64,000 nucleotides of DNA. Source: Haliotis rubra (lineage: Eukaryota). The translations under genes and the position numbers were made by a program. The DNA lies in the NCBI RefSeq assembly GCF_003918875.1, contig NW_025767548.1, forward strand, positions 310,001 through 374,000, in the 5' to 3' direction. The notes under the pieces are model-generated. The model ran no database searches. It was not told the DNA's origin and saw only the letters and a program-made list of their open reading frames with translations. Shown here one piece after another: positions 51,232-64,000 of the stretch (position 1 is the first letter of the stretch; every line of letters begins with the position of its first letter).

Positions 51232-54200
51232 TCAAGTACCAACAAGATTGACACACACCACATTATCTCCCCTTATGAACAACTGATTCACATGTCGCCA
51301 CTGAACATCGTCTGGTCTCAGTCCAAGCCATGCTGCTTCACATGGCAGAGGTTTTTCACTATGCGACACCTTACTGGAGGCTTGGTGTGAACGAGTTGTT
51401 GAGGTAGAGTGATGGGACGTTTGTGTGAAGGAAAGTCTCTCCGGTTTTGAATGTCTGCGTTGATCATCACTGCAACGTGTTGCTCTTGCATCAGCTTCTT
51501 CCATCTCTACATCTGCAGATTCTTCCTCAGCCAGAGGATCTTTTTTTACATCTTTACTCTGTCAGAAACAAGGATATGTAATATTAGGCTACAAACATGT
51601 GCAACCCAGTTTGCTGATTACTTTCCCAATGAAAGTAGTCTGTACTGAATCATCACATTGAAAGAATAAGGAAGATGAAATCAATAAGCTAAATCTGTCT
51701 TTGTTAATGCATCTTTCCTATGCAAGGGAATTAACTGACAATAAAATAATATTAATCACATATCTGTGAGAAACTTCTTAAGCTCAATATTCCATGTCAG
51801 TCATAATGGGTGCTGTTTCCTATATCTTAAGTGATGAAATTATAAATAATTTAATATAAGACCAGTTCCATTGCAACAAAGTTTTTGAGTAATGCTGAAA
51901 TTGTCTTGACTGGACAGCACCATTTCAAGTGATTTGAAAGGTAGAATCTGATTCGTCATTTGGAAGGACATATTAGGGATATTACTCAATAATCACTGTT
52001 AGCACCACAATCAAGCCATGAAAATTTGTAGCTAGCAAGATTTGAAACTTGAATTGTATTGTTAGAAAGAAGTATGACAAACATGGAGGAAAACATGTCA
52101 CACTAATTGAAATCTTAAAGACCCCATTCTGAAATCTACAATGTATTGACCCTCCTGTCTGTATCACTCTGTGTTGTCCTTAATCAAGGTATGGAAACTT
52201 TCAATACAATGACAACCACATTTCAAACTTTAAACAAACTATCTTACTTTTTTCATTTTCTTCCTGCAAACACTTGGAATTCTGTAGACTTCATCAACAT
52301 CAATCATTGCCTGCACACAATAAGAAATACATGATAAGATATACCTTGATTGTACTCTATTCATCTTCGACATATGGATCAGACTGACAACAGAGACCCA
52401 GAGGCCTGAAGTAACAGTAAATCCAGACTCAAGATGAGGGGCCAAAAGTCATTTCCCACTTTAAAGATAAATCAAAACAGGTACACAAGTCATGACTATA
52501 ATTTACAGACAGCCTCATTCATATTATTATTATAGGATATTTATATAGCGCACATATCCACACAACTAGTACATGCTCAAGGTGCTGTTTTTTCCCCTCA
52601 ATTATTGGATGTCAATCTCAACGGCACATATCAATCTCAACTCCCTTGGGATCATACAACTCTTGCAGCCACTAGATGCACAAAATTGTTACCGCTTCCC
52701 ATCCTTACGAGGTACCCATTCACAGCTGTGTGTTTACTGCATATTGCTGTACCCGCAACTAGGTGTTTGCATGTATTCATGTGGCGACCATCTGGTAATT
52801 TACCAACGGATTCATGGGTTCTTTTAAGTGCACAGGGTTGTGTACTGTACACTAGGGGTTGTGACAACACTGAAAGAGTCTGCACACAAAGTTTACACCC
52901 GGTCACAGGTGGCCTCGATCCCGGCACCTCAAGCTTGCTGGATCACTAACCTGGTGCCTTAGGCAGCTCGCATACCATTAATCACATGTTAATTGCTGTT
53001 GTCATTGTTTGTGCCTGATTTTATGCAGATAACACCTGTCTTTCTCATGAGTCTGACAGAGACTGGTCATTTATGACTCACATTGTTTTCTTAGGTCTGT
53101 GGAGCATGTTGAAATGTTTGCAGACTATTTACACCCTCTTTTCAACAGTTCCCAGTTAAGACGAAAGAATGATGTTTACTGGTTAGGAATAATAATGAAA
53201 GTGACAGATTCAGTAACAGAGAGAAGAATTCAAAGGTAATTCACTGATCATTTCAAGAGTTATATCCCTTCAGAACTCCAAATACGTATGGGTTCAAATC
53301 CCACTTCACCAAGATTATGTTTCTACGTGTGTCAGTACCAAGGTTTTAATTGTTACATGTTACAATGTTGACCTGCATCACTTCATACATCCCTTCCACA
53401 CACCATGCTATTACTGGGATACTGTTCATATCAGCATCAAACCCAACTTACTCACTTGCCATATGGCATGACAATGGTCACTAGACTAACAGAGCTGACA
53501 GAAAGTTCCCCCTTACCAAATTAAAGTGTTTGTCGAAGGCTATAACATATCCTCTGAGAATCCCTCGAACACTACATGCGCTGCGAGTCCATATGTATGT
53601 CTGCAGCTTCTCCTGAACACAGCGCCGCAAGATACTCAGTGGCCCACTGATGAAGCCTGAAACATGTACACACATCTCAGTGGTAGACTGCTCATGCATC
53701 ATTACAACTCAATGCCATTGCTTAAGAGAGGTCTTTTGTTTCATTCAGGGATGGCCATTCAGAAAATACTACATTTAAGTTTCTGAAAAATATGAACATA
53801 GGTGAAACTTTGAATACACAATGCCATTTAGAAAGTACTCAAATGTAACGTATGTTACATGTGGGATTACACTTTCTCAGTTAACTACAGATTCTAGTAC
53901 TTTTGTTGGGCTCCATAAGGTGGTGGCTGACTTAGTGTGCTGACGATTAGGTGCCTGACTCTGCGGGTGTGGGTTCGAATCCTGGATGGGACACAACCCA
54001 ACAAAAGTACTAGAATCAGTACTTAACTGAGAAAGTGTAATCCCAAATATAACATGTTACATATGTGAAAATTACTGTTAAAAATCATCAAATTTTGCAT
54101 AAGTTTTTTCACATTTCGGTCAAAATATGACTATTGTTATTTCATGTTTTCATTCATGTCATTCATTAACATGACCAAGTATCAATGACTGTACCAAATT

Positions 54201-55184
54201 TTGTTTCAATATTTTCATAAATAAAACTTTTAGACATGTTTTTGTGTGACATGCAGAATTTCCCTGTCCATTGTCAGGCACTCACGCAAATGAGTGACCC
54301 CCTCTCAGGTAGTCACTTGTACGTGTAACCCTCTTGCGTACACATTACATCCTCTACTGATGAGGGACAATACAAATGGCGCCAGCTAGATGACAGTGAA
54401 TTTGAAGGAAAACCAAGTTTATGGATAGTCAACTTCTTTATTGCTATGAGTGCGACGTTTTGGTGTAGGTACTAACACTGTTATCAAGCAAGTGATCATG
54501 GTGTAAACGTCGCACTCATAGCAATAAAGAAGTTGACTATCCATAAACTTGGTTTTCCTTCATCTATACAACTTCTAAAATGCCTCTCAAAGAAGACAGT
54601 GAGTTTGACAGTTGTTTCCCTTTAAAGTCTTTAATGTATAGGGGATGACATTTTATTAAAATCAAAATTTTTCGGTCACTTGTCTTCAGAGAAGGGGGTC
54701 TTTCTTACAAAATGTAAAACAATAATAATTAAAAAAAGGGTTCTTGATTATTTTCTTGAAAACCAAAGAGCTGCGCTGTCTACCACTTTTCAAATGTTTG
54801 GAGAAGCTTACTTTGATCCATTCGTGTCAACACATTCCTCAGCATCCTACGTCTAGCACTATGCATACTGGCGTCGGGCATCTGTAGAACCTGTCTGGGG
54901 CCCTGTCTGCCTGGAGCAGACGGTTTCTGTGGGGGAGCTTTAGGTCCACTTGCTGTCTGGCTCGGTGGATTTAGGGACATTGACACTTGATTATCTTGGC
55001 GAGCTCGCCCTTTTCCTTGTACTTTGCTTTCGTATTCTGCAACATTGTTAAAAACTCGAACGTCTGGGAACTGAACAGGGTCATTAGTCGAATACAGAGC
55101 TCGTAAGGGATCAAAATTCGATGAGAATAGATTCAGTTCGTCGTCACTGACATCATCCGACACGTTATCCGTGGGGGCCGCCAT
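51232..55184 (-). CDS. LSM11: U7 snRNA-associated Sm-like protein LSm11
   Basis: Exons 55184-54812 (LNLFSSNFDPLRALYS..VFNNVAEYES..RNVLTRM), 53656-53517 (GPLSILRRCV..WTRS..VRGILRGYVIAFDKHFNL, Sm1), 52310-52248 (AMIDVDEVY) and 51558-51232 (RHVNQLFIRGDNVVCV, Sm2). The split Sm motif is typical of LSm11. Confidence 0.93.
52520..52980 (-). mobile_element. SINE with Nin/Deu-like core and L2-like tail in LSM11 intron 2
   Basis: CCCTTGGGATCATACA..AGGTACCCATT motif; the tail resembles the LINE 3' end at 61430-61500. Related pieces at about 5830-6000 and 47166-47240. Confidence 0.5.
54392..54608. mobile_element. Penelope-like terminal remnant with inverted arms and degenerate hammerhead
   Basis: About 55-bp inverted repeat; TSD-like GACAGTGA(A/G)TTTGA on both sides. 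Confidence 0.6.
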
Positions 55185-55422
55185 TTTGAATCAGCTCTGC
55201 TGTAAGGTTGCGTATTCAATACTTATCACTTTATCGATTTTCGATTCTACTACTGACATGAAATTTTAAATAGTAGTTATTATTATTGTAAACTAGAAAT
55301 GCACAAATATTTATCTGAAGTATAACTGATTGGCTACTTACATACGAAACTACCAATTCAAACAAAGCTATTATTCGTTGCCGAGCAACGTCTATACGAG
55401 ATCGTTCTTTGACTGTTCAAAG
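55185..55422. promoter_or_regulatory. Probable bidirectional promoter LSM11/CCDC166
   Basis: Divergent ATGs only 238 bp apart. Confidence 0.65.
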
Positions 55423-58400
55423 ATGCCGCCGAAGAAGAAGGGTAAAAAGGGTAAAAAAGGAAAGAAAGGTGGAAAGGGAAAAGATGATGCATCCAATGAA
55501 CACGAGAGACCAAAAACGCCAGAACCAACTGAGAAAGAAATATTATTGCAGCAAGAGTAAGTTTTAATATCTAAAGCCTTAAAATGTCTACACGATTCTG
55601 TACTAACCATGTAAGGTAGAGAGTGTATTTATAAGGCTACCCTAAATGTAGACATTATGCAGGTCCTCTCGTTTATAATGAATTCATAGACTTACGTATG
55701 TATGAATTTTCAGCGACTGTAATTTTCCTTGAAGCAGTAGATTTGCTTGAATTTTTTTCTTTCATTTCCAACTTTTAAAACATCTTTGATGACAATTTTA
55801 ATGACAGTCAGTTAGTTTCATAGAAAATGAACAGGAGATGTGAACCCCTGCTGTAGAGTCATTATTACGGTGAGGTTGGCATGACTGGCTGATTATCAAT
55901 ATGACATGTAATTGTGTTTGTTAATAAACATTGAGGCTGTCAACATTATGCATCATGATCTAGAAAAATAGTTTTTTTAATGTTTATTTCTAGGTTAGAG
56001 AAGGTCACAGAAGAACTTGATAATGCCAAGAAAAAGGTTGAAGATTTGTATCCTTGAAAATGGAGCAGCCATTATTGTGGTGCAGCCTGTTTCTCACCAT
56101 CCCTAATCCTACTCATGCAGTATAGGCCTACATGTAATTGTCAGTCGGTAACAAATGAGATGTGGAACACATTTTCCCATGTTTCCACACTAATTACCCA
56201 GTGAATTTGAATGAGAGAAAAGCATGAGGATGTTTTCTTGATATCAAATTTTGTTTATCATGATAAAAGGCAATTGGGATATTTTGCATGTCAGTCAGTG
56301 AGTGTCATAGAAAATAAGCTGCTGTGGATTACCATGAAAGTTTCTTTGTAATTTTCACAATTGTTATGATCTGCAACAAAATGAATATCTTCTAATCCCA
56401 GATTTGATTAGATTATGATTCTTGCTCACTCAGCTTATTATCCATGCTCATGGGTCCCACCAAAGAGGTAGTGCATCATGTTGGACTTTCTTCTTCCTGT
56501 TAAAGAGAAATAATGTTCAAAATGACATAAAACCCATATGACTTGTTTCGAATAACCTACAAATTACAGAAGCTGTTATTTTCATTAGGAAAAAAATTAT
56601 CGGTTGTGGCAATGCTATCTGTGCCCAAATTTACCTTATCTTGTCCGATTTGCTAAACCTGATCTGTAGCTGATACTGCTTAATGTATTACATATTCATA
56701 AGATGACAATATCTGGAAACTCCAATCAATATGACATGGGATCGCTTACTTTGCTATAGGTAGAGTATTACAAACTAAGTATATCCTGCAAACAAGATAA
56801 GATTCTTGAGTATAACTGTTCAAGCCTTGCATTGTGAGCATCAAGTCTTGAAGTGTTAATGAGATATTTTATAATTACTTAACTCACACGCTCAGACGAC
56901 AAGAGAATGACTGGTTGCAACAGGAGGCTCACAAAGTGCGAGTGGAGAGTGTAAGTACTGACACAGACTGTTATATATGTGTAGTCTTGTAGTTTCTATA
57001 TGGACCATTCCAGTATTCTAGTTGTGACTCACTCACGGCCAAGCTTATATTTGGGATGTGCATTTATCTTCCATTTTGCTTTCTTCGTTTTCTTGCCATT
57101 CAAGAACGTCGGTATCTGGAACGAATTGAAGCTTCAGCAATATATATTAAACCTATTTATAGATTTTGATGGTCTGTATTATTTTATATTATTTATGTGT
57201 GTTACATATTCCAGCATGAGTACATGAGTTACATGGAGAAGAAGACCAGCAAGCGTCAGACTGCAATCATCACACTGAGCGACCACAACAAGCAGGAGAT
57301 ACGCAACATTCAGATGCAGAAACAGCTCATGGAGGAGGAGTTCGAAGAGAAAAAGAAAGGTGAGCAGTTAGTTGCTAATTGTAGATGCGATACTGCTATA
57401 AATTCATGTTGATCGTTTAGACTTTGTATCCTCTGGATTGTAGGAATCTTAGTGTGTAGATGACAAATCAAGGAAAACCAAGTTCTATGGATAGTCAATT
57501 TCTTTATTGCAATGAGTGTGACATTCTGGTGTAGGTACTAACACAGTTATCAAGCAAGTGCACCAAGTTCTATGGGTCGTCAACTTCTTTATTGCAATAA
57601 GTGCGAAATTTCGGTGTAGGTACTAACACCGTTATCAAGCAAGTGACTATCCATTGAACTTGGTTTTCCTTCATCTATACAACTTCTAAAATGCCTCTCA
57701 AAGAAGATGACAGTTCAGACATCAATTACATTGCCATTGAAGTCGAGTCTTCAAGGCTCCTGAGTATGTCTTCGTAAACAAATCATAGTAAAATATCCAT
57801 GTGACATGGTTGTCCTTTCATTTGGATGTTTTTTCTACAATAGATGTTTTTATCACTCAGGGATGGATTTTGGGTCGCATGTCTTTGTCATGTAGCTCCC
57901 TAAGCAAACGCAGCAAGCACCCATGTATTCCATGTATTTCTGTGATTGGGCAGATTATTTGTTTGTGTTTCTAAATGGAATATATTTTTGATAAATATGA
58001 ATATAATATCAACTCTGTGTCTGCTGTTATTGATATCCACTGAGAGATTCAGATGTTGATATCTACAGTGTCTCCTGTGTTGATATCCACTGCATCCTCT
58101 GTTGATATGTTGTGTGTCTTCAGTGTTGTTCATATGAACTGTGAGTCTTCTGATGTTGATATCACTTTGAGTCCCCTGTTGTTGATATCAACTGTCTCCT
58201 GTTGTTGATATCCATTGCCTCCTGTTGTTGATATCCACTGTCTCCTGTTGTTGATATCCACTGCCTCCTGTTGTTGATATCCACTGTCTCCTGTTGTTGA
58301 TATCCACTGTGTCTCCTGTTGTTGATATCCACTGCCTCCTGTTGTTGATATCCACTGTCTCCCTGTTGTTGATATCCACTGTCTCCTGTTGTTGATATCC

Positions 58401-61400
58401 ACTGCCTCCTGTTGATATCCACTGTCTCCTGTTGTTGATATCCACAGTCTCCTGTTGTTGATATCCACTGTGTCTTCAGTTGTTGATATCCACTGTCTCC
58501 TGTTGTTGATATCCACTGCTTCCTGTTGTTGATATCCACTGTCTCCTGTTGATATCCACTGTGTCTCCTGTTGTTGATATCCACTGCCTCCTGTTGTTGA
58601 TATCCACTATGTCTCCTGTTGTTGATATCCACTATGTCTCCTGTTGTTGATATCCACTGTCTCCTGTTGTTGATATCCATTGCCTCCTGTTGTTGATATC
58701 CACTGTCTCCTGTTGTTGATATCCACTGTGTCTCCTGTTGTTGATATCCACTGTCTCCTGTTGTTGATATCCACTGTCTCCTGTTGTTGATATCCACTGC
58801 CTCCTATTGTTGATATCCTGTGTCTTCAGTTGTTGATATCCACAGTCTCCTGTTGTTGATATCCACTGTGTCTTCAGTTGTTGATATCCACTGTCTCCTG
58901 TTGTTGATATCCACTGCTTCCTGTTGTTGATATCCACTGTCTCCTGTTGATATCCACTGTGTCTCCTGTTGTTGATATCCACAGTCTCCTGTTGTTGATA
59001 TCTGCTGTGTCTCCTATTGTTGATATCCACTGTCTCCTGTTGTTGATATCCACTGCCTCCTGTTGTTGATATCCACTGTCTCCTGTTGTTGATATCCACT
59101 GTGTCTCCTGTTGTTGATATCCACTGTCCCCTGTTGTTGATATCCACTGTGTCTCCTGTTGTTGATATCCACTGCCTCCTGTTGTTGATATCCACTGTCT
59201 CCTGTTGTTGATATCCACTGTCTCCTGTTGTTGATATCCACTGTGTCCTGTTGTTGATATCCACTGTTTCCTGTTGTTGATATCTGCTGTGTCTCATGTT
59301 GTTGATATCCACTGCCTCCTGTTGCTTTCCACTGTCTCCTGTTTCCTGTTGTTGATATCCACTGTCCCCTGTTGTTGATATCAACTATTTCTCCTGTTGT
59401 TGATATTGTTGTGTCTCCTGTTGTTGATATCCACTGTATGTTCTATTGCCCAGCCCTGGAGACTGTGCGTCTGGAGAAGCAGCATATGCTAATGAAGACA
59501 AAGCAGGAGCTGAGTGACCTTCAGGAGTACAAGGTCAGCATATATACACAAACTCTGTGACTGAAATGTTATAGTGGATGGCCTGGTGTGCCACTTTGAC
59601 TGTTCATTGAAATATCCTTTGGCTTCTGTGTGCATGTGCATCTTGTGCTGTTCATAATGTAAAGTTTTATTGTGACTAGATGTTGACACATGAAACATTG
59701 TTTCTGTCAATGTACACTTCAGAGATAACTAAATTCAAAACAACATTTCCCTTACTTTAAAGGTAGTAAAAGTGTTCTTTTAAGACAGGTTGTTGTTGTT
59801 AATAATATAGAGTTCTTATACTCTGCACAGAAACTATTGAAATTTCAGTTTAAGTGACCATGTTGTTTCTGTTGGTGTACACAGGACCTCCAGACAGAGC
59901 AGCTTACCAAGATCCGCAACCTGGAGAAGGAAGTGATGCAGATGCGTGCCAAGCATTCCGAGACAATCCAGCAACTTAAGTCAAATTTCCTCACAGAGAA
60001 ACGGGACTTCCAACTGGACTCTGAAACTCGGATATCAACCCTTGAGAAAAAAGCTAACAAGGTCAGACCATTGTTACAATACACTGATGTGATGTGTAGG
60101 TTAGAATGTTTGGGCTGGGGAGTGACCATAGGGCATTATATATTATAAATTACACTCATGTTAATATAGGATAGAATGTTCTTAACTATTTCAGGTATGA
60201 ATCAAAATGTGCTAACAATATACTTAAAAACTTCATGTAAACCCCTAATAAAATGTAAGGAAATGCAATTTAATCTAGTGGTATGAACTGTATTGCAACT
60301 TTCTGAATGCTGGCAGTACTTGTTAATAAATGGGACAATGGTACTTGGTAGCTGTTCTGATATTGTATCACTTTTTATTTCTTGTCTCTGAAAGCATGTC
60401 TGAGTCAACGATCCTAGAGTGTGGTGTACCCCAGGGCTCAGTCCTTGGGCCGCTTCTCTTTGTGTTATACACAAACCCTTTGGAGAAGGTCATTGATAAC
60501 TTTGATGTGAATCACCACGCATTTGCAGACGACCTCCAATTGATGGATTCCTTCAAACCAGAGGATGTACAAATAGCCAGATCAAGAGTGAGTCAGTGCA
60601 CGAAGGCAATTAGTTCATGGATGATGACAAATGAGCTGAAGCTCAATGATGATAAGACTGAGGCTATGTTGATTGGCACATCGCAACGTCTGAAAAGGAT
60701 AAACTCTACGGACATCACAGTAGCCAACTCAGATATCCCACTTTCATCCAGTGTAAAAAACCTAGGTGTTTATCTTGATCCTTGTCTCACCATGGAGCAA
60801 CATGTGAACCATCTCTGTAGAGTAGGCTACTTCCATCTCCACTCTATTGGTAACATCCGCCATCTTGTAACCACAGATGCTGCTAAAGTTCTCACTCAGT
60901 CACTTGTTCTCTCCAGGATTGACTATTGCAATAGCCTACTGTTTGGAATCTCCAATGATCTTCTCTTCAGACTTCAAAAACTTCAAAATGCTGCCGCCAG
61001 AGTTGTCACTAAAACATCCAAATGGACTCACATAACCCCAATCCTCCAGAGTCTGCATTGGCTGCCGGTTGAAGCCAGAATTCATTTCAAGATCTGCACT
61101 CCTGTTTTCCGCTGCAAACACGGCCTAGCTCCTCCAAACCTCTCTGAGATGTTGTCAACATATATGCCTGCCCGTTCTCTCCGCTCACAGAATCAACATC
61201 TTCTCTCAGTTCCCCAAGTTCGTCTCAAACACTTTGGCCATAGGTCAGTCAAATTTGGAACAGTCTTCCTACTCCCATAAAAAATGCTTCATCCTTAGAA
61301 GCATTCAAATCGGGACTCAAAACCTTCCTCTTCTAAAAAGTCTACAACCTATAACTGCGAAATATTCTCATGGTCATTTTGACGAATTGTCATATCTTCC

Positions 61401-62312
61401 TCTTGAACTCTAGTGACTCTTTTTATATGTAGCGCTTTGAGCATGCTCTGGATGGACTATGGCGCATAAGAAATATCCATTTATTATTATTATTATTATT
61501 TAACTGCATTTAGGATCTGTAAAATCTTCAGAATATTTATGATCCCTTTTTGAGATTAAAAATGCTCTGCATGAGGTCCCCCAATGCAAAGATAGACTAA
61601 GCTGTGTGAGTGAGTAATTTGTGTTTCATGCTTCATTGAACAGTAACGTTAACCCAACTAACTCACTCACTCAGCTTGAATGGAAAAAGATTACAGAACC
61701 TGTCAATGGATTTACTGTGGGTTATTCATCTGTGAGTTGGGAGTCCATCCTACTTGAGGCCTGTGGACTGGTTTCCTTGGTTAAAAGACATGACTTGGTG
61801 ATTGAGTTAAGACAATGGATGGTCTGACTCTTTTGATCTTGTGACTGTATTTCTTATCAGTGTAGAAATGTCAGTTTTAATTTGCATGCAGTTTTAATCA
61901 CTCAAACAGGAATAGTTGTTTTGTCCATACTTGCAGTGCATATTATTTGTGTCAACTTTTCAGTATTTATGTAATGCCACTGAGTCAGTTGAAGCTTGCT
62001 GTTGTCCTACTCCGGCTAATTACTTCTTGTTCATTTCCCTAGGAGGCTACCCAATGTCTGACAGAACACACAAACCAGATCAAGACGGAGAACAGGCAGT
62101 TGAGGCGAAAACTGCTGGGATTGATACAGACAACCCGGGCGCTGCACCAACACAAGGCCGAACTGGACGAACAACGCAAACAGCTGGTGCGAGAACAGCA
62201 GTATGCAGAAGATCTGAAAAAGCTCCGCAATTCTCGCCAGCACAAGGTGTACAAATCCTTTGGTTTGTTGGATGAAGAAGGGGAAGCAGAGGGTGTCAGT
62301 GTTGAGACATGA
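55423..62312 (+). CDS. CCDC166: Coiled-coil domain-containing protein 166-like (DUF4515 family)
   Basis: Exons 55423-55556, 55994-56047, 56896-56950, 57215-57359, 59454-59533, 59885-60061, 62043-62312. Translation MPPKK..PTEKEILLQQE..LRQENDWLQQEA..YMSYMEKK..AIITLSDHN..LQEYKDLQTEQLTKIRNLEKE..MRAKH..LKSNFLTEK..HTNQIKTENRQLR follows the CCDC166 pattern as recalled. Confidence 0.82.
56048..56895 (+). other. U12-type (minor spliceosome) GT-AG intron in CCDC166-like gene
   Basis: 5' site GTATCCTT at 56048. Branch motif TTACTTAAC at about 56875-56883, 12 nt before CAG, with no polypyrimidine tract. Splicing keeps the frame (TT|A = Leu). Confidence 0.85.
57458..57712. mobile_element. Penelope-like terminal remnant, tandem hammerhead-like units plus an inverted tail
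   Basis: Two direct units of about 85 bp that match 54410-54495; AGATGACA flanks both ends. Confidence 0.6.
58020..59437. repeat. 23-bp minisatellite (CCTGTTGTTGATATCCACTGTCT) in CCDC166 intron 4
   Basis: About 60 units, ending about 16 nt before the exon 5 acceptor; explains all ORFs in 58130-59384. Confidence 0.95.
60390..61500 (+). mobile_element. 5'-truncated LINE (L2/CR1-group) reverse transcriptase fragment in CCDC166 intron 6
   Basis: GVPQGSVLGPLLF, FADD, LKLNDDKTE, VKNLGV, SRIDYCNSLL, KLQNAAAR, HITPILQSLHWLPV; 3' tail (ATT)n at about 61481-61500. Confidence 0.93.
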
Positions 62313-64000
62313 TAGGCTTCTCGTCTGTGTGTTCTGTAAGATGGAAGAGGAAGAAAGACTCAACCCAACTAAGTGGAGGTGCAAGTGTACTGTTCACTGA
62401 AACAGTATAACTTAGTGGTGTTTGTGTGTGTGACACTACTTGTGTCAAATATGCCAAAAAATGGGGATATCTGGACATAATGGAGTTAATATCCATGTTT
62501 AGGTATATTTAAACTGCCACATTGCCAGAAGATACTGCTTTAACTATCCTTTGATCCATGTCATCATGTTCACTTAATTCAATGTAAATATGTTTGACAA
62601 ATCATAACTTATATCAATAAATCTGTTTGTTGAAAAGTTTAAAGCAATTAAACAGCACAGTAGAGGGTCTTCCAACACTTGATGGTAGTGGGTCTTTGCA
62701 TGATGTTTCACAAGGAATACTGTGTACATATGCCAAAATATGGACATAATGCAATCTCTGATGATGAATAAACTGTGTACTGTGAAGACACCCGTGTTCT
62801 TTTCAAAAGACTTGAAATATATCATCTATGTGCACAGTCAAGCTTAAAGGATATTCTACAAAGAAGAGAAGACATGATTTATGTAACATTTATTATAGAT
62901 CACAGAATTTCTCAACAAAGTAGGAGTACATAATCAAAAAAAGAATAAATACTATTCATCAGTTAGAAATAAATTAATACATATGGACGGTTTCTCTGGA
63001 GACTTATTTCTTGCTACAGTAGTCCTACTGACTGGCTTCAACTGACAGATACACTGACTGACACCATTATGTGCAAAGACATTTAACAGTTTCCTCTATC
63101 ATCAACATCAACTACTTTCATGCCCTGAACAGCCTCAAGCTGGATATTGATATAAAAAGTTCATTGCTGCCCTCAAAGGTGGGCTAAAAGCAAAAAGGTC
63201 CATATCAATCGAGCAGGGGGCATCAACTGACGTATACCATACAGGTCATGTGGTTTATGAGTCACTGTGAAATGATGCCCTATCCTCTCTCATCACATTG
63301 TTTGTGCTGGGTTGTTACAACTGGTAAAAGTAAATTTAAAAAGGTAGAATAAATATAAGGAGTACAGAATCAACAATGTAAAAATAATGACACCATGTAA
63401 GTGTCAATAAATCTGATATACAATCTAAGCAACTACTGAAATAAAGGGCCTGAACTACAGACTGGTGGAATGTGAGATGCGAATATGTTGTACAGAGCTG
63501 TAACATTACACATCATGATATGCATCAACAATGTGATGTTATTCAAGGTATGACACATGAATAGTTAATATAATGAAGCTGCATGCGATTATCATAGGGT
63601 GACTAGTGTCTCTAGCAAAACATACTGAGTTTCAGATGTACTTTATCAAAATAACAATGGGTTTGGAACTGTTTACTACCACAAAAATACATTCCATTAT
63701 TCATGTAAACCATTTTCAAGTCAAGACTCCTTACCATATGATAGATTAAACAACAAACACATTTTATTTATTTACTGCCCATACACAACCTCATAAAATA
63801 CTGTGCACAGTGGCATGTCATTGTCCAGTTTGTATGTTTCATCACATTCTAGATTTAATCCTACATAACTAATTATAATAAAGTGCATGCTAGTTTCGTT
63901 ATCTTCAGTAATACCAAACACAATTCAGAGTTGCTCTTGTAAATTGTAGAAAACAAAAAAAAGCATAAAAAATTTATAATATCAATATGGTGACAAGCTC

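Noticed and set aside
58130-59384. Repetitive proteins (DINNRRQWISTTG..)
   Set aside because: Open frames in several registers of a 23-bp minisatellite, antisense within an intron.
60330-61280. Domesticated or stand-alone reverse transcriptase gene
   Set aside because: 5'-truncated, frame disrupted near the C-terminus, with an (ATT)n tail: an ordinary LINE copy.

Overview
Eukaryotic, intron-rich and repeat-rich animal DNA. The SINE families suggest a mollusc, possibly an abalone-like gastropod, but this is inference only. Splice sites and reading frames traced by hand give seven genes. (1) A cluster of four gamma-glutamyl hydrolase (GGH, peptidase C26) paralogues with signal peptides: A (-, 7790 to off the left edge, apparent 1-nt frameshift), B (-, 26737-18163), C (-, 38474-29194) and D (+, 39626-49909). 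B and D are a recent inverted duplicate pair. (2) A spliced tandem CARD/death-fold gene (-, 10898-9026) between GGH-A and GGH-B. (3) LSM11 (-, 55184-51232), head-to-head with (4) a CCDC166-like gene (+, 55423-62312) that contains a U12-type intron. Introns and intergenic DNA hold three SINE families, Tc1, MULE, AcademH-like and Harbinger-like elements, LINE fragments, Penelope-like termini and many minisatellites. The most unusual observations are: 55-bp VNTR arrays built from the GGH exon-2 end plus its splice donor (about 17 decoy donors per gene, each downstream of an in-frame stop); a 52-bp branch-point-region array at the exon-6 acceptor; a variant (U3-A8) minimal hammerhead ribozyme at the apparent 3' end of the CARD gene, supported by covarying copies elsewhere; and divergence of the residue after the catalytic HPE among GGH paralogues. 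Most short ORFs in the track are repeat or intron artefacts. Repeat boundaries are approximate.
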